Positions 18,965 to 29,014 of a stretch of 58,137 bases of DNA are shown here, piece by piece. The stretch comes from Candidatus Eiseniibacteriota bacterium. GTDB lineage: Bacteria; Eisenbacteria; RBG-16-71-46. A model generated the notes under the pieces. The model did not search any database and was not told the origin of the DNA. It saw only the letters and a program-made list of their open reading frames with translations. Position numbers and translations under genes: made by a program. Numbering within the stretch: position 1 is the stretch's first letter; the number at the start of each line of letters is the position of its first letter. The stretch is taken from the NCBI GenBank assembly GCA_031366795.1, contig JANLOX010000124.1:1-58137 (forward strand), in the 5' to 3' direction.

Positions 18965-20218
18965 TCACGCGCGTGCTCCCGCATCTGCGTAGCGTTCGCG
19001 CAGAATACGCGCGGCCTCGCTCACGCGGTCGGCGCGCGTGGCGAGTGACATGCGCACCCAATCGGTGTACTCGGGGCCGAACGCCGTGCCCGGTAGCACG
19101 GCGACTCCGAGCTGTAGCCATTCTTCGGCCAGTCCCCACAGGTCCTTAGGTCCGCGCGCCACGCCGACATTCGCGAACACATAAAACGCGCCGCTTGGCG
19201 GAGGCACGGTGATCGCGGATTGCCCCTTGAGCCCCGCGAGCATCAAGCCGCGCCGTTCGTCGTAGGCGCCGCGCATCATCTCGACGCAGTCCTGTGAACC
19301 ATTCACGGCCGCGGCGCACGCGGATTGCACGGCGGGAAACACGCCGTGCGTGGTGTAGAACGACAGGATCGGCCCCATCACGTTGCGCAACGACGGGGGC
19401 GAGACGGCGTAGCCGACACGCCATCCGGTCATGGCATAGGACTTGGAGAATGTGAAGGCACTCACGGTGCGCTCGGCCATGCCGGGCAGCGAAGCGATGC
19501 TGATATGGCGCGCGCCATCGTAGAGCAGGTGCTCGTACGCTTCATCGCTGACGACCCACAGCCCGCGCTCGATCGCGACATCGGCGATCGCCTGCAACTG
19601 TCCGCGCGTCAGTACGGCCCCAGTGGGGTTGTTCGGCGAGTTGAGGTAGAGGCCGCGCGTCTTCGGCGTGATCGCGGCGTGCAACGCATCGGCGAACTCG
19701 GCATCCGACCAGCGTCCGCTCATTAGCTCGAGATAGACGGGTAACGTGCGCAGCGTGACGCCGTCGAGGAAGCCAACGAGTTTTGGGATCGCCATCCAGT
19801 GGGGCGACAGCACCAGCAACTCATCCCCCGACTTGAGCAACGCCTGGAACGCGCAGAACAACGCATGCGTTCCGCCGAGCGTCACGGTGATGTCGTCGAT
19901 GTGGCAGTCGATCTTGTTCTCGCGGGCGAGCTTCGCGGCGAGTGCTTCGCGCAGGTTGCGCTGGCCACGCGCGTCGGGGTAGTGCGTCTCGCCGCCTCGC
20001 GCTGCGCGGTCCAGCGCTTCGATGATGTGGGGCGGCGTGTCGAAGTCGGGCTCGCCGCGCTCCAGGTGGACGACCGGCAGGCCTGCCTCGTCGCGGGCGC
20101 GGGCGGCGGCCATGACGCGGCCCAGGTCGGAGGTGGAGCGAAGCAGCGGGCGATCGGCGATGAGTTCGAACATGGAGGGGCCTTTCGGGAGGTCTCGCAA
20201 ATTGCAATGAACGGCCAT
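18965..20218 (-). CDS. pyridoxal-phosphate-dependent aminotransferase, class I/II (aspartate aminotransferase-like)
   Basis: GEPDFDTP, NSPNNPTG and SKSYAMTGWRVGY (PLP Lys) motifs. An alternative start is ATG 20173. Confidence 0.85.
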   Translation of the reverse strand: MAVHCNLRDLPKGPSMFELIADRPLLRSTSDLGRVMAAARARDEAGLPVVHLERGEPDFDTPPHIIEALDRAARGGETHYPDARGQRNLREALAAKLARENKIDCHIDDITVTLGGTHALFCAFQALLKSGDELLVLSPHWMAIPKLVGFLDGVTLRTLPVYLELMSGRWSDAEFADALHAAITPKTRGLYLNSPNNPTGAVLTRGQLQAIADVAIERGLWVVSDEAYEHLLYDGARHISIASLPGMAERTVSAFTFSKSYAMTGWRVGYAVSPPSLRNVMGPILSFYTTHGVFPAVQSACAAAVNGSQDCVEMMRGAYDERRGLMLAGLKGQSAITVPPPSGAFYVFANVGVARGPKDLWGLAEEWLQLGVAVLPGTAFGPEYTDWVRMSLATRADRVSEAARILRERYADAGARA

Positions 20219-20245
20219 TCTGTCATCCTGCCGGGCGATCGTGAA

Positions 20246-21715
20246 ATGGATTCGGGAATCGGGACGGCTTCAAGTCGCCGTGGCTTCGGGCCGATAAAGA
20301 GGGTGGCCACTCAACACCCATGCACTTGCGCGCGCCCGGAGGACCATCCCGTGTCCCATTACGAACTCCGCGATATTTCCGATCGCCTCGCCCGCTCCAA
20401 AGATGCCGAGGCGGTCGCTCACGAGTTTCTCGGCGCGCTGCAGACCGCGCACCCAACGTGGCATGCCACACTGGCGTTCTATGAGATCAGTCGCGATGCG
20501 CTGGTGAAGCTCTACGAACGCGAGCGTGACCAATTCCGCAGCCGCGACATCAAGGTGCTCGTCGATCAGTTACCGCCGCGCATGATCCGCAACTTCTTCC
20601 ATCCGAACGCCGCCATCGAACCGCACGGGCGCCACGCGCCTCCGGGTGGCGTGCAGACGCCGCCGATGTTCGAGCCGGACCTGAACGACGCGGTGTTGTT
20701 GCGCGCGCTGCTGCCGGTCGCCACGTGGCAGTCGGCCATCTGCCTGCCGCTGGCCGACCGTGGCGAGATGCTGGCGATCCTGACGATCGTGAGCCCGAAG
20801 AAGGGCGAGTTCGGACCCAAGACCATCGATGACATAGCACCCCTCAAGACCATGGCAGCGTTCGCCCTGGCCGAGCGGCTGCACCTGGCCACGCACGCCG
20901 CGATCGAGCCGGATCCGCAGGCCGCGAGCCGCGCGGCCGCCGAGTTCCAGGAACGCGTCGAGCAGCTGAGCATTCATGCGCGCGAACTCGAGGAAGTCAG
21001 CGAAAAGAAGCAGGCCGAGGTGGGCCGCTTGACCGAGCAGCTCGGCGGGCTCGACAAGCACTCACACGATTATCGTGACGAACTGCAACGCGTGAAGTCG
21101 ACACTCGAAGACATGGAAGCCCGCTCGGCGCGCGCGTCCGTGGGACTGAGTGAGGCTTCGGCCCAGCTGGAACTGGCGCGCGAGCAACTCGGCGAGCAGC
21201 GGCGCACGCAGAACTTCCTGCGGCAGGTGTTCGCATCGCTTGCGGACGAGCACGATCCGCGTCAATTCCCGGGCAGGGTCGTGGGTTGGCTGACGGAGCA
21301 GTTCGGGGTCGAGCGCTGCAGCGTCATGCTGATCGATCGCAGCGGCTACCTGATGCGCATCGCCGAGCAGCACGGCATCCCGCCCGAAGTCGCGGAGCGT
21401 GTGCGCGTGCGCGTGGGGCAGGGTGTTTCAGGTTGGGTCGCGCAGCAACGGAAGCCCCTGTTGGTGCGGCAACCTGAAGATGCGCCGGCGGACGTGTCGC
21501 GCAATGCCGACGAGACCTACCGCAACGAGTCGTTCATCTGTGTGCCGATCATCTTCAACGGCCGCTGCACGGGTGTGTTGAACCTGACGAACCGCAGCGA
21601 TGGCCTGCCATTCAACGACGCCGACCTTGAGCGCGCGGTGCTGGCGGCCGGCGTGTTTGCGATCACGCTCGGCGCGAACGAGGTCGTGCGGCGCGCGATG
21701 GCCTGGGCGGCGTAG
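20246..21715 (+). CDS. GAF - coiled coil - GAF protein without recognisable output domain
   Basis: The C-terminal GAF domain is clear (CSVMLIDRSG...GQGVSGWVAQQRKPLLV...FICVPIIFNGRCTGVLNL). The central region (EQLSIHARELEEVSEKKQAEVGRLTEQL...) is heptad-like. Start is uncertain among 20207, 20246 and GTG 20351. Confidence 0.65.
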   Translation: MDSGIGTASSRRGFGPIKRVATQHPCTCARPEDHPVSHYELRDISDRLARSKDAEAVAHEFLGALQTAHPTWHATLAFYEISRDALVKLYERERDQFRSRDIKVLVDQLPPRMIRNFFHPNAAIEPHGRHAPPGGVQTPPMFEPDLNDAVLLRALLPVATWQSAICLPLADRGEMLAILTIVSPKKGEFGPKTIDDIAPLKTMAAFALAERLHLATHAAIEPDPQAASRAAAEFQERVEQLSIHARELEEVSEKKQAEVGRLTEQLGGLDKHSHDYRDELQRVKSTLEDMEARSARASVGLSEASAQLELAREQLGEQRRTQNFLRQVFASLADEHDPRQFPGRVVGWLTEQFGVERCSVMLIDRSGYLMRIAEQHGIPPEVAERVRVRVGQGVSGWVAQQRKPLLVRQPEDAPADVSRNADETYRNESFICVPIIFNGRCTGVLNLTNRSDGLPFNDADLERAVLAAGVFAITLGANEVVRRAMAWAA

Positions 21716-22304
21716 CGGGAACTCGTCGCGAGGTGTGGCCGCGCGGCGTATTCGTACGCGCGCGCGTGGTTGCGGGCGCGGCGTCTCGCGCTTGCCGCTT
21801 CAACAATGCCGCGAACTCCCGCAACGCCTGCGCGTGCGCCGCGAAGGCGATGTTCCGCGGCGGACGGCTCAGCGGGAAATATTCTGCCTCGATGGCGTCG
21901 TCGCCGGGCGTGAGTTTGCCGCGCACCGGGCCAGTGAGGTAGAGCACGAGGATCGCGCGCACGCGCGGATCGTCGAGGCCGGCGTAGACGCCGAACAGTT
22001 CGCCCAACCGCGTGCGCAGGCCCGTTTCTTCGAACAGCTCGCGCGTGGCGCATTGACGCGGCGTCTCGCCGTATTCCATGAAGCCGGCGGGCAGGCACCA
22101 GGCGCCGGCGCGCGGCGCGTATTTTCGCTTCACGAGGAGCACTTCGCCGCCCTGATGAACGATCACGCCCGCGGCAGGGGCGGGGTTGCGATAGTGGATG
22201 AAGCCGCACGCGGGGCACGTGGGACGACGCTTGCCCAGATCATCACGCGGTACGAGCGGCGTGGCACACAGCGGGCAGAAGCGGACGCGGTTACGGTCGG
22301 TCAT
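21663..22304 (-). CDS. Nudix hydrolase with N-terminal zinc ribbon (NudC-like)
   Basis: CPLC...CPAC ribbon and Nudix box GFMEYGETPRQCATRELFEETGL. Start at MTDRN (ATG 22304). The basic low-complexity tail overlaps the convergent GAF gene. Confidence 0.8.
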   Translation of the reverse strand: MTDRNRVRFCPLCATPLVPRDDLGKRRPTCPACGFIHYRNPAPAAGVIVHQGGEVLLVKRKYAPRAGAWCLPAGFMEYGETPRQCATRELFEETGLRTRLGELFGVYAGLDDPRVRAILVLYLTGPVRGKLTPGDDAIEAEYFPLSRPPRNIAFAAHAQALREFAALLKRQARDAAPATTRARTNTPRGHTSRRVPATPPRPSRAARPRSRRA

Positions 22305-22557
22305 GGGTCGCGCGAACACTAAGGGCGGCGTGTCGCGCGGCGCAATGAACTCGCCGCGGGTAGCGCAATATTCCGCGCAACGAAATCGCCCGGGAGGCGC
22401 TGGCCACCCGGGCGAATATTCGTGATCGGTCCCCCGAGGCTCGAAGGAGCGCCGCGCTGCACCTTCCATCCAGTACGTCGCCCCTAGCTGACACCATTAC
22501 GGTGCGGATGGGTTCGGATCGGCGCTCCTCCGCAGCCCCGAGACTGCGGACTCCGGT

Positions 22558-23745
22558 TTACCGGTGGTTCGACTTGAGCTCCTCGCGGAGCTGGTCCAGC
22601 TGTTCCTTCAGCTGCTGCATTTCTTCGCGAAGCTGTTCCGTGCTTTCGCGATCGGCCGACATCCCGCGGCGTTCCAAGCCGCCATCCCCGCCCCGTCGAA
22701 TGATGATTCGCCTCTCGCCGCCCGCCCCATCAGGACCCGAGTGCAGGTCGCCATGCAGTTCGCCTTGATCGTCGTCGTCGCCCTGGATGACAATGCGCTT
22801 TACGCGGCGCTCGCCGTCTGGGCCACTGCGGAAACGCATCGCCTGCGGCGCATCACCGAGTTCGGCGTTCACCGTCTGCCCGGCGCCATGGCGCAGCAGC
22901 GAAATCGACACCGACTTGTCGCTCGAGCGCACTGCTTCGGTGAGATCACCCGCGCTCGCAATCGTCTTGCGGTCGACACGCTGGATCACATCGCCCGCGC
23001 GAATGCCCGCCTTCTGCGCAGGCGAGCCGTCGACAACATCGAGCACCAGTGCGCCCCTGGCGTCGCGTGAGCCAAAGTACGTCGCGAGATCAGGATTCAG
23101 GCTCTCGATGCGTACGCCCAAGCGGGCGCGGCCCATCATGCCGTTGCCGAGCATTTCGGGCAGCCGGCTCAGCATGCCATTGTCGTCGTCTCCGTCGTTG
23201 TCACCGTCACCGTCATGATCCATGAACACGCGCGGCGCTCCCGGCGCATCGGGCGTCTGGATCTCGAAGTGGCGCATGCCCTTCATGCCCTGCATGCCGT
23301 GCATCCCCTGCATCCCGTTCATGCGGTTCATCCCCGGCATCCGCGGAGCGGGCGTATCGTCGTCGCTGTCGCCGCCTTCGGGCCGCGCCGCGAGCTTGGC
23401 GCGCAGCGATTTCTTGGCGCCATCGCGCACCACCATGATGTCGATTGAAGCGTCTTCGCTGGCGGATCCGACCGCCTCGACGAGGTCGCCGGGTGAGCCG
23501 ACATCCTGGCCGCCCACGCGCACGATCACGTCGCCGCGCTCGACTCCGGCCTGGTCGGCGGGGCTGTCAGGAACCACGCGGGTGACCAGCGCGCCCGAGC
23601 CGTTGTAGTTCATGCCCTCACGCAGCTCGGGTGAGATGTCCTGGCTGTAGACGCCCAGCCAGGCGGTGGCGAAGGCCGGGTGGGCGAGGGCGATTCCGGC
23701 GATCGCGACCAGTCCGACGAACAATGACATGGCGGTTCTACGCAT
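22558..23745 (-). CDS. secreted double-PDZ protein with Met-rich and Asp-rich linker and C-terminal coiled coil
   Basis: Signal peptide and two HtrA-type PDZ domains (ALVTRVVPDSPADQAGVERGDVI and ALVLDVVDGSPAQKAGIRAGDVI). No trypsin-like domain is present. Confidence 0.75.
   Translation of the reverse strand: MRRTAMSLFVGLVAIAGIALAHPAFATAWLGVYSQDISPELREGMNYNGSGALVTRVVPDSPADQAGVERGDVIVRVGGQDVGSPGDLVEAVGSASEDASIDIMVVRDGAKKSLRAKLAARPEGGDSDDDTPAPRMPGMNRMNGMQGMHGMQGMKGMRHFEIQTPDAPGAPRVFMDHDGDGDNDGDDDNGMLSRLPEMLGNGMMGRARLGVRIESLNPDLATYFGSRDARGALVLDVVDGSPAQKAGIRAGDVIQRVDRKTIASAGDLTEAVRSSDKSVSISLLRHGAGQTVNAELGDAPQAMRFRSGPDGERRVKRIVIQGDDDDQGELHGDLHSGPDGAGGERRIIIRRGGDGGLERRGMSADRESTEQLREEMQQLKEQLDQLREELKSNHR
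23275..23340 (-). repeat. 9-bp periodic repeat encoding (Met-x-x)x8
   Basis: CAT recurs exactly every 9 nt, eight times. On the coding strand this gives MPGMNRMNGMQGMHGMQGMKGM. Confidence 0.9.
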
Positions 23746-23907
23746 GCTGTACCCCCTGTGCTAGCTTCGGCCTGCAGGCGACGGGAGACACGCCAGGGCG
23801 GAATTCCCGCCGCCTGCCTCGTGTGTCCGGCCGCTTCCGCCCTGCTTAAAACAGCGCATGGGGCCTCGCGGTTCCGGGGAACTCATCTTCCGTATCGCTT
23901 CTGACAT

Positions 23908-25305
23908 TTGGGCCACGACTTGAGAGTCAACGACCTGTTAAAGCTGAATATCCAGGACCTCGCGCTGGGCGGAAAAGCCCTCGGCCGGCAGGAGGGCTGT
24001 GTCGTGTTCGTCGACCGCGGCCTGCCCGGGGATCTGGTCGAGGCCCGGATCACCCGCAAGAAGTCGAGCTATGCCGAGGCCAAGCTCATCAAGGTCGAGA
24101 CGCCGTCGGCCGCCCGCGTCGAGGCCCGCTGCGCGCACGTCAACGTGTGCGGTGGCTGCCGGATGCAGGAGCTGCCCTATGACGCCCAGCTCGAGTTGAA
24201 GGAGCGCCAGGTGCGTGACGCCCTGCGGCGCATCGGCGGGCAGGCCGACGTTTCGGTACTGCCGATCCGCCCGGCGCCGTCCGTGTTCCGCTACCGCAAT
24301 AAGATGGAATTCAGCTTCCATCCGCAGGCCGACGGCACGCCGGTGCTCGGGCTCCATGAGCGCGGCACCTTCGACCGCGTGTTCGCGGTCGATGATTGCT
24401 GGATCACCAGCGAGCTCGTGGTGCAGATCATGAAGCTGACGCAGCGGTTCGCCATCGAGCACAACTGGCAGGCCTATCATCCCTCGCGGCACACCGGCAT
24501 GCTGCGCTATCTCGTGGTGCGCCACTTGAAGCACACCGCACAGTGCGCGGTGCACTTGGTCGCCGCGTCCGAGTCGGTGCCGGGGCTTGCCGAATGGGCG
24601 TGCGAAGTGGCCGCGACATCGCCAGAGGTTCGCACCGTGACGCTCGGGCTCAATCGCTCGCGCGCCAACATCGCGACAGCCGACGACGAACGCATTCTCC
24701 ACGGCGACGGACTGGTGCTCGAACGGCTGTTGGGCCTCGAGTTCGAAGCGCGCTCGACGGCGTTCCTGCAGACCAACAGCGCGCAGGCCGAGGCGTTGTA
24801 CACCGCCGCGGTCGAGGCGGCGCAGCTGACGCCGGAGGATTCGGTGCTCGATCTCTATTGCGGCACCGGTACGCTGACGTTGTTGATGGCGCGCCACGCG
24901 CGTGAGGCGGTCGGCGTCGAGAGCGTCGAGGACGCCGTGACCCGCGCGCGCGAGAACGCGCTGCGCAATCGCATCGAGCGCACCCGCTTCGTCGCCGGCG
25001 AGACGCGCGCCGTATTGCGCGAGTGGGCGAGAGGCGAGCGCCCCGGCGCCGTGCGGCCGGACGTGATCGTCGTGGACCCGCCGCGCGCGGGCCTGCATCC
25101 ACGCGTGGTGTTTCGCGTCGCCGAGCTCAAGCCGCGGCGCATCGTGTACGTCTCATGCAATCCCGCGACGCTGGCGCGCGATGCCGCGGACTTCACGAAA
25201 TATGGCTACGTCATGGCCGAGGCCGAGCCCTTCGACATGTTCCCGCACACGCCGCACATCGAGTGCGTGGCGCGTTTCGAGCGTGCGCCTGTCGCGGCGA
25301 GCTGA
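23908..25305 (+). CDS. rlmD: 23S rRNA (uracil-C5)-methyltransferase, RumA/RlmD family
   Basis: TRAM-like N-terminus, Fe-S cluster Cys motif CAHVNVCGGCRMQ, SAM-binding DLYCGTGT and catalytic SCNPATLARD. The start is non-ATG (TTG 23908), so it is uncertain. Confidence 0.85.
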   Translation: MGHDLRVNDLLKLNIQDLALGGKALGRQEGCVVFVDRGLPGDLVEARITRKKSSYAEAKLIKVETPSAARVEARCAHVNVCGGCRMQELPYDAQLELKERQVRDALRRIGGQADVSVLPIRPAPSVFRYRNKMEFSFHPQADGTPVLGLHERGTFDRVFAVDDCWITSELVVQIMKLTQRFAIEHNWQAYHPSRHTGMLRYLVVRHLKHTAQCAVHLVAASESVPGLAEWACEVAATSPEVRTVTLGLNRSRANIATADDERILHGDGLVLERLLGLEFEARSTAFLQTNSAQAEALYTAAVEAAQLTPEDSVLDLYCGTGTLTLLMARHAREAVGVESVEDAVTRARENALRNRIERTRFVAGETRAVLREWARGERPGAVRPDVIVVDPPRAGLHPRVVFRVAELKPRRIVYVSCNPATLARDAADFTKYGYVMAEAEPFDMFPHTPHIECVARFERAPVAAS

Positions 25306-25409
25306 GCCGCGACCTGGGCCGCAACGTGAGCGGCGGACGCGGCGCGGGCGCCCGCTCGCGTTGCCAACGGCATGACAATCTGACACCCGCGCATGCTAGC
25401 CTTGTGCGT

Positions 25410-26282
25410 ATGAAATCGTGCCTGATGGCTGTGTTTGTAGCGCTGCTGCTCGCCCCGGTGGCGGCGCGCGCGGGGGCGTTCGTTCCCGACCAGGGCTTCT
25501 ACCGTGTCTACCAGCAGGACCGCCTGCTCGGTGTCGAGCGCATCAGCTTCGAGCAGCACAGCGATAGTCTCGTGGTGACGTCGAAGGTCCGGCAGCGCTT
25601 GCCGCGCGGGCCCAGCCAACAGGACACGCTCGCCAAAACGGCCATGCTCGTGCTCGGTATCAAGGATGGCGCGTGGCGGTCGTACCAATCGTACGAGCAA
25701 TTGAACCGCGACGAGTTGACCCGCATCCTGACCGTGACGGATACCACCTACACGTCTTATCGTCAGGGCAGCGAGGGTGGCTTCGGCGATACGTTCGAGT
25801 GCCCACCGGGGCGGGTCTACGTCGTCGATCCGCAGGTGTTCGTGCTGTTCGATGTGCTGTGCCGCGACATGCATGCGCAGGGTTTTGAAGAGCGGCCGGT
25901 CACGCTGCTCTATGTGACCGCGCGCGACACGGCGATCACAGCGCGGGTCAAGCGGCTGGGCAAGGGTCCCCTCAGGGTCGGCAACGAAACCATCACCGCC
26001 GAGAAATTCAGCATCACCGATCCATGGTCAGAGTTCTTCGTCTGGGTCTCGCCCAACGGCCGCATGTTGCGGCTGACACTGCCTGCGGTGGGGCTACGCG
26101 TGGATCGTGATCCAGCCTCGCTCAAGGGATCGCACGCTCTACAGGCGTTGACTCCCGTACTGCCGGGAATTCCCAGCGTGACCATGGGGCTGGACCCCAA
26201 GCTCTCCCCGCAACCTTCGAAGAATGGAGCAGCTTCCACGACGCCTAAGCGTGCCCCGACTCCCGCAACGCCCGGGCACTGA
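25410..26282 (+). CDS. secreted hypothetical protein
   Basis: Internal ATG 25410 gives the signal peptide MKSCLMAVFVALLLAPVAARA. The upstream part of ORF 25023 overlaps rlmD. Confidence 0.55.
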   Translation: MKSCLMAVFVALLLAPVAARAGAFVPDQGFYRVYQQDRLLGVERISFEQHSDSLVVTSKVRQRLPRGPSQQDTLAKTAMLVLGIKDGAWRSYQSYEQLNRDELTRILTVTDTTYTSYRQGSEGGFGDTFECPPGRVYVVDPQVFVLFDVLCRDMHAQGFEERPVTLLYVTARDTAITARVKRLGKGPLRVGNETITAEKFSITDPWSEFFVWVSPNGRMLRLTLPAVGLRVDRDPASLKGSHALQALTPVLPGIPSVTMGLDPKLSPQPSKNGAASTTPKRAPTPATPGH

Positions 26283-27780
26283 GCCATTCGCTCAGCAGCC
26301 GAACCCCGAAGCCGGTGGGTCCGCGCGATTCGTGAGGCCGGTCACTGGGCGCCCATCCGGTGGGCGAGATGTCCAAGTGCGCCCACACCATGCCGCGCGC
26401 GAAGCGCCGCAGGAATGACGCGGCGATCGAGGCACCGCCCTGTTGGCCCGCTGAATTGACCAGGTCGGCGGTGTCGCTGCGCAGGTCGTTCGCGTATTCA
26501 TCGAACAACGGCATGCGCCAGAGGCGTTCGCCGCTGCGCTCGCCGGCACCCAGCAGTTCAGCCGCCAGAGCGTCGTCGCGGGTGAACATCGCGGCCGCCT
26601 GCGCGCCCAGCGCGATGCGCGCGGCACCCGTCAGGGTGGCGATATCGACTACCACGTCGGGATCGAGGCCGCGCGCGTAGCACAGCGCATCGGCGAGCAC
26701 GAGCCGGCCCTCGGCATCGGTGTTGGTGACTTCGATCGTGGTGCCGTCCATTGCGCGCACCACGTCGCCGGGCTTGAAGGCGCGGCCATCGGGCATGTTC
26801 TCGGCGCACGGCAGCAGTCCGACCACGCGGAACGGCAACTCAAGCCCCTGGAGTGCCGCGAAGGTGCCGACGATCGCGGCGGCGCCCGACATGTCGTACT
26901 TCATGCGCGTCATGTCGTCCTTCGGCTTGAGCGAGATGCCGCCGGTGTCGAAGGTGATGCCCTTGCCGATCAGCACCACCGTGCGCGCGCGTTCGCCGCG
27001 TTTGGCGGGCCGTGCCGCGGGGCGTTCGAGAATCGCGAAGCATGGCGGATTCGGGCTGCCGCGGCCCACGGCGAGCACGCAGCCCAGCCCCAGGCGTTCG
27101 AGTTGCGGCACGCGCAGCACGCGCGCCGAGGCGCCGGATTGCTCCGCCACGGCCTTGGCGCGCTCGGCGAGTTGCTCCGGCACCAGGTCCTGGCTGGGAG
27201 TGCACGCGAGATCGCGCGCGAGGCACGTCGCTTCCGCGCGGCGCACCCCGGTCGCCGTGGCCGCCGAAAAGGTGCGCGCCTGCTTCGCGTCATCGAGCAT
27301 CCATTCGACCGCCTTGAGCGGCGGCAGCGCATCGGTGCGGTAGGCGGTAAAGGCATAGTGCCCGAGGATGGCGCCCTCGGTCAGAGCCTGGACGCGCTCA
27401 GGCGTGGCGAGTTCCTCGCGCACGTCCGCGGACATCACGCGCGCGCGCAGGCCCCGCGCGCGGCGAGCCGCGGTCGCCGCAGCCTGCAGCAACCGCGGTG
27501 GCGTGAGATCGTCGTTTACGCCCAGCCCCAGCACCAGCACGCGCGGCGCCCTGCAGCCGCGTGTCGGATACAGCACCGCAGTCTCGAGCCAGCGTCCCGT
27601 GAAGTCTCCCGAGCGCAGCAATTGCTTGAGTGCGCCGCCCGAGGCACGGTCGAACGCGGCGGCCGCGCCTCGCAGGGTGCGCTCCCGCTCGAACAGGAAA
27701 AACACCGCGGCACCGGCACGGCGTTCGTGGGGGAGACCGCTTCGTGTCGATAATTCCATCGGGATGCCTCGCGAGCGCAT
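26245..27780 (-). CDS. pepA: leucyl aminopeptidase (M17)
   Basis: NTDAEGRLVLADAL signature, VGKGITFDTGG-like GKGITFDTGGISLKP. An alternative start is ATG 27759. Confidence 0.9.
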   Translation of the reverse strand: MRSRGIPMELSTRSGLPHERRAGAAVFFLFERERTLRGAAAAFDRASGGALKQLLRSGDFTGRWLETAVLYPTRGCRAPRVLVLGLGVNDDLTPPRLLQAAATAARRARGLRARVMSADVREELATPERVQALTEGAILGHYAFTAYRTDALPPLKAVEWMLDDAKQARTFSAATATGVRRAEATCLARDLACTPSQDLVPEQLAERAKAVAEQSGASARVLRVPQLERLGLGCVLAVGRGSPNPPCFAILERPAARPAKRGERARTVVLIGKGITFDTGGISLKPKDDMTRMKYDMSGAAAIVGTFAALQGLELPFRVVGLLPCAENMPDGRAFKPGDVVRAMDGTTIEVTNTDAEGRLVLADALCYARGLDPDVVVDIATLTGAARIALGAQAAAMFTRDDALAAELLGAGERSGERLWRMPLFDEYANDLRSDTADLVNSAGQQGGASIAASFLRRFARGMVWAHLDISPTGWAPSDRPHESRGPTGFGVRLLSEWLSARALRESGHA

Positions 27781-27955
27781 GAGTTGTCTGCTGCAATCAC
27801 AACCGGTTGCGGCTGACCGTATCGGAATGTCACGGCGGCGTCACGCGGTAGGCGGGCAAATGCTTGATTGGGCACGCCCATACTGGCATCCTGCCCTATC
27901 CACGGAACGCATCCGCGCCGGCTCCTAAGGCCCGACACTCAAGGAGGAACTCTTC

Positions 27956-28750
27956 ATGCGTCGCTTGTCCGCACTTGCCGCAGTTGCCTTTTTTGCCGTC
28001 TTCGCGCTGACCGGTTGTGGCGCCAAGCAGACCGCCGTAGACACCACGGCGAGCAGCGACAGCCTGCTGGCGTCGAACCCGGTCGAGCAGCCCTCGGGCA
28101 GCATCACGCCCGCGGCCGACTTCAACCAAAAGCCGGCCACCACCACGACGACCACGTCGTCGCCGCCGGCCTCCAAGCCTGCCTCGACGTACCCGAAGCC
28201 CAGGCCGAAGCCGGCCGCAACGGCGCCCGCCAAGGACACCGGCGTCACGGTGGCTGCCGGCACCGCGCTGAACATCGGCATCGACACGCAGGTCTCGAGT
28301 GAGACCGCGAACGCGGGTGATTCGTGGACGGGCACCGTGAAGGAAAACGTCATTGTCGGTGATCGCGTCGTGTTCCCGGCCGGCTCCGTCGTTAGCGGCG
28401 TCGTGACCGAGTCGGTCCCGGCGGCCAAGGGTTCGCTGGCGCGGCTCGGACTGGCCGTCTCGGCAATCACGGTCAACGGCAACAAGATTGCGGTTGAGGG
28501 CGGCACGGAGGCCATCGAAGCGGGCTCGCCGCGCGCGCGCAACCTCGGTGCGATGGCCGCGAGTGTCGGAGCCGGAGCACTGATCGGCCGCGCGGTCGGC
28601 GGCAGCGGCAAGGGCGCCCTGATCGGTGGACTCATCGGTGGCGTTGCGTCCGGCGCCGCAGTCGCCAGGTCGAAGGGCTACCAGGTCGTCATCAAGGAAG
28701 GCACCGTCGTGACTTTCAATGTGAAGGCCCCGGTCACCGTGCATTCGTAG
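27956..28750 (+). CDS. lipoprotein with glycine-zipper C-terminal region
   Basis: AAGGAGG lies upstream. Lipobox LTGC. Thr/Pro-rich linker, then GAGALIGRAVGGSGKGALIGGLIGGVASGAA. Confidence 0.75.
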   Translation: MRRLSALAAVAFFAVFALTGCGAKQTAVDTTASSDSLLASNPVEQPSGSITPAADFNQKPATTTTTTSSPPASKPASTYPKPRPKPAATAPAKDTGVTVAAGTALNIGIDTQVSSETANAGDSWTGTVKENVIVGDRVVFPAGSVVSGVVTESVPAAKGSLARLGLAVSAITVNGNKIAVEGGTEAIEAGSPRARNLGAMAASVGAGALIGRAVGGSGKGALIGGLIGGVASGAAVARSKGYQVVIKEGTVVTFNVKAPVTVHS

Positions 28751-28778
28751 TCGTTCGTAACCAATCGTATCGATTGAT

Positions 28779-28808
28779 GGGGCGGATCCCTCGGGGGTCC
28801 GCCCTTTT
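28779..28808 (+). terminator. intrinsic terminator
   Basis: GGGGCGGATCCC-TCG-GGGGTCCGCCC with one mismatch, followed by TTTTGATT. Confidence 0.7.
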
Positions 28809-29014
28809 GATTGAGGGGTGCGAGGCCACCGTGCAGGAAACGACACCGCGTATCTCCCTGCACTGGGGAATTCCACCCCGCCCTCGCAGCTGCAACACTT
28901 TCCCGCCCTTCTGGACATGGCACACGAGGTGCCACATCGAGCCGCGGTTCTGTATTCACGCGCAGGCTCTTGGCCTCGCCTCAAGGCTATGGTTCTTCCA
29001 GGAGGAACAGGGAA

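Noticed and set aside
23275-23340. Regular 9-nt periodic repeat, checked as a CRISPR-like or non-coding array
   Set aside because: The unit is far too short and has no spacers. It lies inside a well-supported CDS and simply encodes Met-x-x repeats.
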